A stretch of 64,000 bases of DNA. It comes from Burkholderiales bacterium (lineage in GTDB: Bacteria; Pseudomonadota; Gammaproteobacteria; Burkholderiales; SG8-39). The stretch spans positions 6,402 through 70,401 of the forward strand of contig JBJXEY010000163.1 in the NCBI GenBank assembly GCA_046153355.1, written 5' to 3'. The notes below the pieces were generated by a model. It was not told the DNA's origin and did no database searches. It saw only the letters and a list, made by a program, of their open reading frames with translations. Each line of letters opens with the position of its first letter. Position 1 is the first letter of the stretch. Positions 1 through 10,517 of this stretch are shown piece by piece. The translations under genes and the position numbers were made by a program.

Positions 1-63
1 CGATTGAATCGAAATTTTATTGCTTACCGGCCAAATTACTGACCGTCCAAACGAAAGGTAAAC

Positions 64-876
64 ATGCCGGAGCTTCCGGAAGTCGAAATTACGCGGCGCG
101 GAATCGAACCCCATATCTTGGGAAAACAAATTACCGCCATGGTGATTCGCGAATCGCGCATGCGCTGGCCAGTTCCTGCTTCATTGAAAAAAAAGCTGCC
201 CGCTTTGACTGTGGAAAAAGTGCGGCGCCGGGCGAAATATTTAATATTGGAGCTTGGCGAGGGTTGCCTGATTGTTCATCTGGGCATGTCGGGGAGCCTT
301 CGTGTTCTCGACGCAAGTGAGCCCCCAGGGGGGCATGATCACGTGGATATCGTGTTTGGAGGGAGTTTGCTCAGACTCCGCGATCCACGTCGGTTTGGTT
401 GCGTACTCTGGCAAGATGGAGTTGCCGAGCAACACCGATTGCTCAAGGACTTGGGTGTCGAGCCACTGAGTTCGGATTTCTCCGCGGAGTTTCTTTTCCG
501 CGCCTCGCGAGGACGCAAGCTGGCGATAAAACAATTTTTGATGAACCAGCGAATCGTTGTCGGGGTAGGCAATATCTACGCGAGCGAGAGTCTGTTCCGC
601 GCGAAAATAAGGCCGACCACACCTGCGGGTCGCTTGAGCCTCGCACGTTGCAAGGCGCTGACTGAAGCGGTGGTATCTACACTTGAAGATTCGTTACGCT
701 CAGGCGGCAGTAGTTTGCGGGATTACGTACAAAGCAATGGCGAACCCGGCTATTTTCAACTACAGACCTACGTGTACGATCGCCAAGGCGAGCCGTGCAG
801 GAAGTGTTATTCGCCAATCAAGGAATTAAGGCAAGGTCAGCGCTCGACATTTTATTGCCCAAAGTGCCAGAGCTAG
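64..876 (+). CDS. mutM: Formamidopyrimidine-DNA glycosylase (Fpg/MutM)
   Basis: 270-aa ORF; N-terminal MPELPEVE catalytic motif; C-terminal CxxC-x16-CxxC zinc finger (CRKC...CPKC). Confidence 0.95.
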   Translation: MPELPEVEITRRGIEPHILGKQITAMVIRESRMRWPVPASLKKKLPALTVEKVRRRAKYLILELGEGCLIVHLGMSGSLRVLDASEPPGGHDHVDIVFGGSLLRLRDPRRFGCVLWQDGVAEQHRLLKDLGVEPLSSDFSAEFLFRASRGRKLAIKQFLMNQRIVVGVGNIYASESLFRAKIRPTTPAGRLSLARCKALTEAVVSTLEDSLRSGGSSLRDYVQSNGEPGYFQLQTYVYDRQGEPCRKCYSPIKELRQGQRSTFYCPKCQS

Positions 877-957
877 AGAAAAACCTTCTCGCCGATTGGC
901 GCTCGATGTTCGGCAGTCGCCGGAGGCCAACACCACAAATTTCCCTTGCAATCGCGG

Positions 958-2081
<1,124 letters not shown>

Positions 2082-2173
2082 CGCAAAGCGCCATCGGCAT
2101 GCTGATAGAATTGGCGCATCTTAACCGTACGTTCACGGTTTTCACGCGGCCTTCGCGTCTCGATGCGCCCATC

Positions 2174-3166
2174 ATGCTAGGCATTTTTAAAAAATCCACC
2201 GACGTTTCATCCACAAGTTGGTTTGACCGTCTCAAGACAGGGTTAAAGAATACCGGCTCTAGACTGGGCAATCTGCTTGTCGGCAGGAAAATCGATGAAA
2301 CGCTTTTCGATGAGTTGGAATCCGCCCTGCTCGCTGGGGATACGGGTGTCGCGGCAAGCGAGGATCTTTTAAAAAAGCTTCGCCAACGGGTGTTATCGAA
2401 ACACCTGGAAACAGCCGAGCAACTGAAGGAGGAACTGCATCAGATTCTGGTCGAATCCTTGAAACCGTTGCAGTGTTCCGTCGAATTTGGTCCCGCGCGG
2501 CCCTTCGTAATTATGTTGGCTGGCGTAAACGGCGCGGGGAAAACAACGTCAATCGGAAAAATCGCCAAAATGGCGAGCTCCAAAGGTCTTTCGGTACTGC
2601 TTGCCGCTGGAGACACGTTTCGCGCCGCCGCTCGTGAACAGCTTGTTGTTTGGGGAGAGCGCAACAACATCGCCGTCGTGTCGCAGCAAGGCGCTGACGC
2701 TGCATCGGTGATATTCGACGCAGTACAGTCGGCCAAGGCGCGCGGAATCGATGTCGTGATCGCGGATACCGCCGGTCGTCTACACACCCAAATACATCTG
2801 ATGGAGGAGCTAAAAAAGATTAAACGCGTGATCGGCAAGGCAGACTCGACTGCGCCGCACGCGATATGGCTCGTATTGGATTCGAACACTGGACAAAACG
2901 CCTTGGCTCAATTCAAGGCTTTTGACGAAGCGCTTGGGCTCACTGGTCTTATTCTCACCAAACTGGATGGCACCGCGAAGGGCGGAGTAATCGCGGCTAT
3001 CGCTCAATCGCAGGTGGGCATGGCGAGCAGGCGCGCTGGAGTCGCAACGCACCACACCCGTCCGGACGTGATTCCCGTGGTATTTATCGGTGTCGGTGAG
3101 GGCATCGACGATTTGCAACCTTTCGATGCCAGTGAATTTGTGTCCGCATTGCTCGACCGTAGCTAA
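2174..3166 (+). CDS. ftsY: Signal recognition particle receptor FtsY
   Basis: SRP-GTPase NG-domain motifs GVNGAGKTT, DTAGR, TKLDG, IGVGEGIDDL. Start moved to ATG 2174 (MLGIFKK...) because the longer ORF runs into the divergent rsmD promoter region. Carries an atypical ~19-aa insertion (see findings). Confidence 0.9.
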   Translation: MLGIFKKSTDVSSTSWFDRLKTGLKNTGSRLGNLLVGRKIDETLFDELESALLAGDTGVAASEDLLKKLRQRVLSKHLETAEQLKEELHQILVESLKPLQCSVEFGPARPFVIMLAGVNGAGKTTSIGKIAKMASSKGLSVLLAAGDTFRAAAREQLVVWGERNNIAVVSQQGADAASVIFDAVQSAKARGIDVVIADTAGRLHTQIHLMEELKKIKRVIGKADSTAPHAIWLVLDSNTGQNALAQFKAFDEALGLTGLILTKLDGTAKGGVIAAIAQSQVGMASRRAGVATHHTRPDVIPVVFIGVGEGIDDLQPFDASEFVSALLDRS

Positions 3167-3840
3167 TGGCTATGCTGGAAGCCGCGCCAATCGTCAGTTT
3201 TTTGCAAGTTACCAAACGCTATCCTGGGGGATACGAAGCGCTTCGCGACATCAATCTGGAAATACGCGCTGGGGAATTGGTGTTTCTCACTGGCCATTCC
3301 GGGGCGGGCAAATCCACATTGCTTAAGCTCCTTGCGGGCATGGAGCGCGCCAGCGCCGGCATCGTAATGGTCGGTGGGCAAAATGTTTCCACCATGCGGC
3401 GTGCCGCCAAGCCATTCTTGCGGCAAAACCTTGGCCTTGTATTTCAGGACCACAAACTTTTGTATGATCGAAGTGCTTTTGATAACGTCATGTTGCCGCT
3501 GCTTGTAACTGGCCTACCGCACAATGAAGCGGCGCGGCGCGCGCGCGCTGCTCTGGATAAGGTAGGATTACTAGAGCGTGACAAGGCCAATCCAATTAGC
3601 CTTTCTGGCGGCGAACAGCAACGACTTTGCATTGCCCGCGCGGTTGTCAATCGTCCCAACATCATCCTCGCTGACGAACCTACCGCAAGTCTGGATCCAG
3701 ATAATGCACAGGCGGTCATGGAGATTTTTCGCTCCTTCCATCAAGTTGGCGTAACCATTCTCGTCGCCACACACGATCAAATGGCGATCGAGCATTTACG
3801 GCCACGGGTAATCGCACTTAACAAAGGGCAAGTCGCGTGA
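3166..3840 (+). CDS. ftsE: Cell division ATP-binding protein FtsE
   Basis: Walker A GHSGAGKST, ABC signature LSGGEQQR, Walker B ILADEP; TAATG overlap with ftsY stop. Confidence 0.92.
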   Translation: MAMLEAAPIVSFLQVTKRYPGGYEALRDINLEIRAGELVFLTGHSGAGKSTLLKLLAGMERASAGIVMVGGQNVSTMRRAAKPFLRQNLGLVFQDHKLLYDRSAFDNVMLPLLVTGLPHNEAARRARAALDKVGLLERDKANPISLSGGEQQRLCIARAVVNRPNIILADEPTASLDPDNAQAVMEIFRSFHQVGVTILVATHDQMAIEHLRPRVIALNKGQVA

Positions 3841-4739
3841 AAGCGTGGTTGCGTCACCATGTTAATTGCCTGGTTGGTACCTTGGTAAAGCTTGGATCAA
3901 CCCCCATTACAAGCTCCTTCAACGTAATAGTCATTGGCATCGCCCTCGCTCTCCCCTTGACGGCTTACGTATTTTTGCAAAATTTTCAAAAATTGACCCA
4001 AGGTATTGGCCGCGACCCGCAAATAAACGTATTTTTGGATGGAGACACAAGTGAGCAGGAAAAACGCTCGATTGAGGCGCAACTTCGCGGCATCAAGGGC
4101 GTAAAGGGGCTTCAGTTCGTATCCAAAGCAGTTGCGTTGTCCGAACTCGCGCGGACCGCGAATCTCTCGGATGTTGTTGCAGCGCTACGCGAAAATCCAC
4201 TACCTGACGCGTTTGTCTTGAGTCTTGAGGGCGGCAATGAGTTGCAAATGGAGTCCTTGGTGACAAAATTGCGCGCACTGCCTAAAGTCGGCTACGTGTT
4301 ATCAGACGCTGATTGGTCAAAACGACTCGACGCCTTAATTGATTTCGGGCGTTCGGCGCTTGGCGTGTTGAGTTCTATTCTGTCCTTGGCGTTGATCGCC
4401 GTGACGTTTAATACGATTCGCCTACAAATATTGACCCAAAATGACGAAATCGTCGTATCGCGGGTAGTTGGGGCGACCGATTCCTATATTCAAAGGCCAT
4501 TTTTTTATTTGGGCACTTTGATGGGGTTGTTTGGCGGACTTATGGCTCTCGCGTTGGTTTTTTGCGAGTTTTGGTACTTCAACCAAGACGTTGCTCGACT
4601 TGCAGCGCTTTACGGAAGTTCGTTTGCCTTGTCCACGCCTGAAGCAGTTGATGCGCTCTCTTTTCTTTTCTTTTCTGCGTTTCTCGGTTGGTTGGGCGCA
4701 TATCTATCTGTAAGTGTTCACTTACGTAATATTGATTGA
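3837..4739 (+). CDS. ftsX: Cell division permease FtsX
   Basis: 300-aa protein with 4 TM segments and a large periplasmic loop; GTGA overlap with ftsE; ftsYEX synteny. Confidence 0.85.
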   Translation: MKAWLRHHVNCLVGTLVKLGSTPITSSFNVIVIGIALALPLTAYVFLQNFQKLTQGIGRDPQINVFLDGDTSEQEKRSIEAQLRGIKGVKGLQFVSKAVALSELARTANLSDVVAALRENPLPDAFVLSLEGGNELQMESLVTKLRALPKVGYVLSDADWSKRLDALIDFGRSALGVLSSILSLALIAVTFNTIRLQILTQNDEIVVSRVVGATDSYIQRPFFYLGTLMGLFGGLMALALVFCEFWYFNQDVARLAALYGSSFALSTPEAVDALSFLFFSAFLGWLGAYLSVSVHLRNID

Positions 4740-4808
4740 TTTATAATGGTTTTTGCTAGTTTTTTATCAACCAAGAGTGGCATGTTTGGTTGGGAACTAT
4801 TTGCCTTG

Positions 4809-4842
4809 TTAGCACTCTAACGTCATGAGTGCTAATATTTGT
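4809..4842 (+). terminator. Probable intrinsic terminator of ftsYEX
   Basis: Perfect 9-bp inverted repeat ttagcactc/gagtgctaa (4809-4817 / 4827-4835) with 9-nt loop, followed by tatttgt. Confidence 0.5.
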
Positions 4843-4967
4843 GGGGTGCCCTAATACTGCGAATTGATCATCGCGACAAAGGGTGAGACCTGCTTTTTGC
4901 GCCGGTTCCAAGCTGAGCTACCGGGGCTGGCGCGAAATGAAGGTGCCCTTGGATTCATACGGAGGAA

Positions 4968-5828
4968 ATGATGAGTAACGCTTTGGTACTGCCTCTACCT
5001 ACTGCTGTAGGCAGCCTTGAGAGTTATATCCAGTCTGTCAATCGGTTTCCCATGCTGAGCGCTGAGGAAGAACTACGTCTGGCGAAAAAGCTGCATGATG
5101 AAGGCGACGTCGAAGCGGCACGCCAATTGGTTGTTTCTCATCTACGTCTAGTAGTCGCCATCGCCCGTGGATATCTCGGCTATGGACTACCACATAATGA
5201 CCTCATTCAAGAAGGCAATATCGGTCTGATGAAGGCGGTAAAACGCTTCGATCCCGAGCGAGGGGTGCGCCTGGTTTCGTTCGCGATTCACTGGATTAAG
5301 GCCGAAATTCACGAATTCGTGCTACGCAATTGGCGGCTGGTGAGAATTGCCACCACCAAGGCACAGCGAAAATTGTTTTTCAACCTGCGCAGCATGAAAA
5401 CCGGCTGGGATTCGTTAAGCCAGGGTGAAATTAAGCGGATTGCCGAGACACTAAAGGTCAAACCCAGTGAGGTGTCGGAAATGGAAATGCGACTCTCGGG
5501 ACAGGATCTGGCGCTTGAATCGGATCAGGATGAAGACCGCTACGCGCCGATTGCTTATCTTGTCGATGGCGCGCTTGAGCCCTCCAATGCGGTGGAATTT
5601 GGCCAGGACGAACGCGGGCAAGCAGCCCACCTGCACACCGCTTTATCCGCTTTGGATGATCGCAGCCGAAGGATCATCGAGGCACGATGGTTAAAGGAAA
5701 AAGACCCGTCAACATTGCACCAGCTTGCGGCCGAATTTAAGGTCTCGGCGGAGCGGATTCGCCAAATCGAGACCAAAGCGATGGCGAAAATGAAACTTCT
5801 TCTCGCGCCGACTCACCACGCGATTTAA
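4968..5828 (+). CDS. rpoH: RNA polymerase sigma-32 (heat-shock sigma factor RpoH)
   Basis: Sigma-70 regions 2-4 plus the RpoH box (ATTKAQRKLFFNLR); GGAGG-like RBS acggaggaa upstream. Confidence 0.93.
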   Translation: MMSNALVLPLPTAVGSLESYIQSVNRFPMLSAEEELRLAKKLHDEGDVEAARQLVVSHLRLVVAIARGYLGYGLPHNDLIQEGNIGLMKAVKRFDPERGVRLVSFAIHWIKAEIHEFVLRNWRLVRIATTKAQRKLFFNLRSMKTGWDSLSQGEIKRIAETLKVKPSEVSEMEMRLSGQDLALESDQDEDRYAPIAYLVDGALEPSNAVEFGQDERGQAAHLHTALSALDDRSRRIIEARWLKEKDPSTLHQLAAEFKVSAERIRQIETKAMAKMKLLLAPTHHAI

Positions 5829-5842
5829 TGTCGTTTGTCGGC

Positions 5843-6724
5843 CTACAAATAATGGTCAAGCAATAGCACTGCGAACAATAGCGACAAATAGGTAATTGAA
5901 TAGCGAAAGGTTTGTCGCGCCAATTGGTCGCTGTAGCTTTGGTACAGCCGGATTGCGTAGTACAGAAATGGGGCGCCCAAAATCACGGCGCCTGACAAAT
6001 AAATTACGCCGCTCATGCCATGGATGTAGGGGAGCAAGGACGCGGCAAGCAAAATCACCGTATAGAGCAATACGTTTAATCGCGTGAATTCATTGCCATG
6101 CGTCACCGGCAACATTGGCAGACCGGCTTTGGCGTATTCCTCGGTGCGATACAGGGCCAAGGACCAGAAATGTGGTGGCGTCCAGGCGAAAATTATTAGA
6201 ACCAACAATAGCGGTTGCGGCGCTAGTTCTCCGGTGACGGCCGTCCAGCCGAGTAGCGGCGGCATCGCTCCAGATAGCCCGCCAATAACGATGTTCTGCG
6301 GCGTAAGGGGTTTCAACACCAAGGTATAAACGATTGCGTACCCGATGAAGGTTCCGATGGTCAGCCACATGGTGAGCGGATTGACAAGGTTGTACAAAAT
6401 CCAAACCCCAAGACCGCCAATCACGGTTGCGAATACCAAAGTTTGCGACGAGTTCACCTCTCCAGAGGGCAGGGGTCTATTTCGTGTCCTCGCCATTTTT
6501 TGATCGATGCCTTGCTCCACAAGGCAATTGATAGCCGCAGCGGCGCCTGCGACCAACCAAATTCCCGCAGTCGCCGACAATATCAAGCTCAGAGGCGCCA
6601 CCTCCGGCGTGGCAAGCAGCATGCCGATTACTGCGCAGAATACGATCAACGCCACCACTCGCGGTTTGGTCAGCGCGAAGAATTGGCGGAAAGCGTGAAT
6701 ACTTGGCGAAATGGCTAGCTGCAT
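5843..6724 (-). CDS. ctaB: Protoheme IX farnesyltransferase (heme O synthase)
   Basis: UbiA-family polytopic protein (LTKPRV..., NxxxD-type motifs); located in the cox assembly cluster. Confidence 0.9.
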   Translation of the reverse strand: MQLAISPSIHAFRQFFALTKPRVVALIVFCAVIGMLLATPEVAPLSLILSATAGIWLVAGAAAAINCLVEQGIDQKMARTRNRPLPSGEVNSSQTLVFATVIGGLGVWILYNLVNPLTMWLTIGTFIGYAIVYTLVLKPLTPQNIVIGGLSGAMPPLLGWTAVTGELAPQPLLLVLIIFAWTPPHFWSLALYRTEEYAKAGLPMLPVTHGNEFTRLNVLLYTVILLAASLLPYIHGMSGVIYLSGAVILGAPFLYYAIRLYQSYSDQLARQTFRYSITYLSLLFAVLLLDHYL

Positions 6725-6980
6725 GCTGTGTACCCAGGATCGGGTTTAAATCGCGGTTATTTTCTCGCGATGTTTCGGGGGCGGGATCAACCCGCCGCGA
6801 CACCCTTAATATTTGGGCTAATCGTAGAGAATTTTAACATGGGCACGCGGCAGTTTTGACTGTCGGTGCTTCAGAGCTTCTGATTGCCGTCCCCTGCTTG
6901 AGATTGCTGCCTTGGTTGTCGATTCTATTGTGACGTCGCGGAACACTCAATTTGCCGGGTGCCATGCGGGTGCTAACTTA

Positions 6981-7574
6981 TTAACCTATTTGCGAAACCT
7001 TTAGAAGCCTTATCAAGTCGTTTTTAATGCGGCTGGGGTCGGCATCACGCGAATAGCGCATCATCACGTTGCCTAACGGATCTATTAACCAAATGTGCTG
7101 ATGCGGCCCATTTGTTGCAGGGAGAAGGCGAATGAATTCGTTGCCTGCCCGCCAAATATGCGTGCCCGCATATTCTTTCTGCAACGTCGCATCGATGGGA
7201 GTCTGATCGGCGACCAGCCATAAGCGCTCGATGCGCTCCATATTCTTGCCTTGCGTCAAACGCAACTGACGAATTTTCCATAACTTGTCGTTGCATGCCG
7301 CGTCGCATACGCCGGAATCGACATGAACCATGATCCATTTGCCTCGCAGGGCCGATATTTGCATCGTCTTTCCGTCAAGCGATTGCAAATCGTTATTCGG
7401 CAGGGGCACCGGTTCAACCAACTCACCGAAGTTCATGCGGGAATCCGGTGGGAAATAGCGATGGAGCACAGTCGCAGCGATGAACGGCGCCAGACAAACT
7501 GCCAGCACCAGCCATAGCATAAAGTTGCTTCGTTGGCGCTCTCCGGCGTTTGGAATTTGGCTACTTTGCGTCAT
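6981..7574 (-). CDS. Membrane-anchored cox-cluster protein, thioredoxin/SCO-like fold (uncharacterised)
   Basis: One N-terminal TM helix; periplasmic domain with CDAAC; overlaps the SURF1 stop. Position (after SURF1) matches other betaproteobacterial cox clusters as I recall them. Confidence 0.45.
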   Translation of the reverse strand: MTQSSQIPNAGERQRSNFMLWLVLAVCLAPFIAATVLHRYFPPDSRMNFGELVEPVPLPNNDLQSLDGKTMQISALRGKWIMVHVDSGVCDAACNDKLWKIRQLRLTQGKNMERIERLWLVADQTPIDATLQKEYAGTHIWRAGNEFIRLLPATNGPHQHIWLIDPLGNVMMRYSRDADPSRIKNDLIRLLKVSQIG

Positions 7575-8286
7575 GGGTTTTCCTCAGGTTCAATGAAACC
7601 CAAAGTAATACGCCCATCACGGCCATCGCATACCACTGCAATGAGTAGGCGCGATGCGTGTCGGCGCCCGCATCGGGACGAGGCCAATCGCGAACTAAAC
7701 CATCGCCACTAACGTTGGTTTGGAAGAGGACAATCGGCTGCAAAGGCATTCCCCATTCGGCGCGCAAGCGATCCAAAGATACGTTTTGTTTTACTGGCCC
7801 GGGCGTATTGTCATGGGAGAGTTCATAGACGCCATACAGCGGTTTCCCGGCAATACCTCTAATGACCTGCCTGCCAGGACTCGCAGCTATGCTTGGCAAT
7901 ATTTCTCGCCTCGGGTTGGCGGGAGTCCAACCCCTGTTGATCGCGACAAGAACATTGCCTCCCTCCAGCCGCAGCGGTGTAATGACGTGATATCCCGCGC
8001 GCTTTTTATAGACGCGGTTATCGATGAAAATTGTTTTGTCCTCTAAAAACTCGCCCCGCGCCTCGATGATACGTTGCGCGAATTCATCCGCAGCCACCAG
8101 CTTCGCTGGCAGGATCAGGACCGGCGCCGTTGCTAGGGCGTCCACCCTGTCTTGAATCGATTGTTTTTGCTCGGCGCGCCGCGTCTGCCACTGTCCAAGC
8201 GCCAACGTAATCGCGACGAAGATTATTGCGATTATTGTCGGCCACCGTGTGGGATCGAAATGCCATGCACCGAATCTGATTGTCAT
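7561..8286 (-). CDS. SURF1 family cytochrome oxidase assembly protein
   Basis: N-terminal TM followed by GQWQTRR motif, C-terminal TM; cox cluster context. Confidence 0.8.
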   Translation of the reverse strand: MTIRFGAWHFDPTRWPTIIAIIFVAITLALGQWQTRRAEQKQSIQDRVDALATAPVLILPAKLVAADEFAQRIIEARGEFLEDKTIFIDNRVYKKRAGYHVITPLRLEGGNVLVAINRGWTPANPRREILPSIAASPGRQVIRGIAGKPLYGVYELSHDNTPGPVKQNVSLDRLRAEWGMPLQPIVLFQTNVSGDGLVRDWPRPDAGADTHRAYSLQWYAMAVMGVLLWVSLNLRKTHDAK

Positions 8287-8351
8287 CGCTTAACGATCAA
8301 GGACTGCTATACACTTCTAGTCGCCCAGCCAAAATAGAATTTCGCGACACC

Positions 8352-8549
8352 ATGCGCATTGTGATCATTCTTTTTGTCGTCGCCATCATCCTTAGCATGG
8401 GTTCGGCCTTGTTCTATATGGTGACGGACCGAAGCGGTGGCAACCGAATGTTGCGTGCCTTGGCGCTAAGAGTGGGACTTTCGGTCACGCTATTTCTCGT
8501 GCTCATCGCGGGTTTCTATTTTGGATGGATTCCTGGCAGGATTCAGTAG
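8352..8549 (+). CDS. Twin-transmembrane small protein (DUF2909-like)
   Basis: 65-aa product with two hydrophobic helices (MRIVIILFVVAIILSMG... / LSVTLFLVLIAGFYFGW). Start set at ATG 8352 inside the 89-aa ORF. Usual position between SURF1 and coxC. Confidence 0.55.
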   Translation: MRIVIILFVVAIILSMGSALFYMVTDRSGGNRMLRALALRVGLSVTLFLVLIAGFYFGWIPGRIQ

Positions 8550-8617
8550 ACCCAAAGAGGCTTGGATCTGCGAGGATGTTGTGGGCCTGCGCAACTTCAT
8601 GGCTTACCGCAGAAACG

Positions 8618-8646
8618 AAAAACGCCGTAGACGCGGCGTTTTTCGA
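8618..8646. terminator. Bidirectional intrinsic terminator
   Basis: aaaaacgccg-tagac-gcggcgttttt hairpin flanked by A and T runs, between convergent DUF2909-like gene and coxC. Confidence 0.6.
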
Positions 8647-8689
8647 ATTCGATTGCCCTTCATCGTCTAGGGCTTACCTGCGATATTGG

Positions 8690-9550
8690 CTATAGCCAAT
8701 ATACCAGCACGAACAGCAGCAACCAAACGACGTCGACAAAGTGCCAATACCACGCCACGCCCTCGAAGGCGAAGTGGTGATCTGGCTTGAAATGCCCCTT
8801 GAGGCATCTGAACCAAATACAGATCAGCATGATGGTTCCCACGGTGACGTGAAAACCATGGAAGCCCGTCAACATGTAGAACGTCGTGCCGTAAATCCCA
8901 GTGGTGAGTTTGAGATTCAGTTCGGAGTACGCGTGGCTATATTCGTAGGCCTGAAACCCGAGGAACACAACGCCCAAACAGATGGTGGCGAACATCCAGA
9001 AATTCAACAGGCCACGCTTGTTTTCCTTGAGCGCCCAGTGGGCAATAGTCAACGTTACGCCCGATGTAAGCAGCAAGGCGGTATTCAGAGCGGGAATTCC
9101 CCAGGCGCCCATCGGCGTGAAGGGATCGGTGATATAGGGACCTGAAGATGGCCAAGTCGGGGTGAATTCAGGCCATAGCAATTTGTTGTCGATGCTCGAC
9201 AAATCCGGTACCGATAGAACACGCGCATAAAACAATACACCGAAAAATCCCGCGAAAAACATGACTTCGGAGAAGATAAACCAACTCATCGACCACCGAT
9301 AGGAAATGTCGACACGATCAGTATACAGGCCACTTTCAGACTCATCGATAACCTTGCCAAACCATATCGCCATCATGTAGACCATAATTATCGCGCCCAC
9401 CAGCACCGACCAAGGCCCGAACGCCGCACCGTTGAACCACATGGCCGCGCCAACGGTCATGAAAAGCAAGGCTGTGGATCCGACAACCGGATAAGCGGCC
9501 GGTTGCGGCAAATAATAATTATGCGTTGGCGTGGCGTGACTCATGGTCAT
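8690..9550 (-). CDS. ctaE: Cytochrome c oxidase subunit III
   Basis: 286-aa 7-TM protein with conserved C-terminal HFVDVVWLFLF-type motif (HFVDVVWLLLFVLVYW). Confidence 0.93.
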   Translation of the reverse strand: MTMSHATPTHNYYLPQPAAYPVVGSTALLFMTVGAAMWFNGAAFGPWSVLVGAIIMVYMMAIWFGKVIDESESGLYTDRVDISYRWSMSWFIFSEVMFFAGFFGVLFYARVLSVPDLSSIDNKLLWPEFTPTWPSSGPYITDPFTPMGAWGIPALNTALLLTSGVTLTIAHWALKENKRGLLNFWMFATICLGVVFLGFQAYEYSHAYSELNLKLTTGIYGTTFYMLTGFHGFHVTVGTIMLICIWFRCLKGHFKPDHHFAFEGVAWYWHFVDVVWLLLFVLVYWL

Positions 9551-9577
9551 TCTCCTCTTGCTGCTTCCTAAACTTCG

Positions 9578-9823
9578 TTAACTCATGGCCCTGCCGACGA
9601 TGAATTTCGCCAACAGCACCAAGCCAACTACAAATACGGCGGCGCCAATCAATCCAGCGACAATAATTTGCACTGGCGATAAGCTAACCGTCTCCTCATC
9701 ATGCCGGGCGCGTTTTCGAATGCCCAAAAACGCCGACAAGATCGTCCATACAATATTTCCAACGCTCGCTTTGGGAACCTTGGCATTCAAGTTTTCCTCG
9801 GCTACTCGCTTCTCTACGGGCAT
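9578..9823 (-). CDS. DUF2970-like small membrane protein
   Basis: 81 aa; SAFLGIRKRARHDEE followed by one TM helix; lies between ctaG and coxC. Confidence 0.5.
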   Translation of the reverse strand: MPVEKRVAEENLNAKVPKASVGNIVWTILSAFLGIRKRARHDEETVSLSPVQIIVAGLIGAAVFVVGLVLLAKFIVGRAMS

Positions 9824-10380
9824 TAGCCTGGATTCTTTCCCGATCCTGCCACTTCAAAAAACGTATACGACAGCGTGATGGTGTTGACAATTTTCGGCAA
9901 CGCCGGATCAATGACAAACACCACCGGCATGCGCCTGACTTCGCCAGGCCCCAATGTCTGCTGTTGAAAACAAAAACATTCAATTTTCTTAAAATACTTG
10001 GCCGCTTCGCTCGGTCCGTAGCTGGGTACCGCTTGGCCGGTGACTGGTCTATCGAGCATATTGCGAATTTCATATACAACCTGTGTCACTTCGCCTGGAT
10101 GCACGCCCCTATAGGCCTCCACCGGCTTGAATGTCCAATCCAACCGCTGGACATTCGCGTCAAACTCCATCGTCACGGTACGCGAAAAATCCACCTGAGT
10201 ATTTTGCGGTGACAACTCATCTGGCTGAAGGATGTTTCGTACACCCGTTACTTCGCAAATTTTTTCGTATATCGGCACTAACGCGAATCCAAAAGCGAAC
10301 ATCATGAGCGTCGCCACCACCAGTTTTTTAAGCATCTGGCGATTCGAGACGGCTAATTGTTCTAGGACTGCGTCGTTCAT
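9823..10380 (-). CDS. ctaG: Cytochrome c oxidase assembly protein CtaG/Cox11
   Basis: N-terminal TM, conserved CFCF (KIECFCFQQQ) copper-binding motif. Confidence 0.9.
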   Translation of the reverse strand: MNDAVLEQLAVSNRQMLKKLVVATLMMFAFGFALVPIYEKICEVTGVRNILQPDELSPQNTQVDFSRTVTMEFDANVQRLDWTFKPVEAYRGVHPGEVTQVVYEIRNMLDRPVTGQAVPSYGPSEAAKYFKKIECFCFQQQTLGPGEVRRMPVVFVIDPALPKIVNTITLSYTFFEVAGSGKNPG

Positions 10381-10394
10381 AACCCTTCTCAGGC

Positions 10395-10514
10395 TTAACT
10401 ATTGAGCCAGTAGTACTTCGCTACTATGGCCAAAAAAAACGTCAGTGCAATCGCGCCAAACGTAAGTCCGGTTCGCAGATTGTTTGAGCGCTGCGCTTGC
10501 GTAACCCCGGCCAT
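10395..10514 (-). CDS. 39-aa cytochrome oxidase small assembly-type membrane peptide (not in ORF track)
   Basis: ATG 10514 to TAA 10395-10397 gives MAGVTQAQRSNNLRTGLTFGAIALTFFLAIVAKYYWLNS. One TM helix; starts 3 nt after the ctaD stop and fills the coxA-ctaG gap. Confidence 0.5.
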   Translation of the reverse strand: MAGVTQAQRSNNLRTGLTFGAIALTFFLAIVAKYYWLNS

Positions 10515-10517
10515 GGT

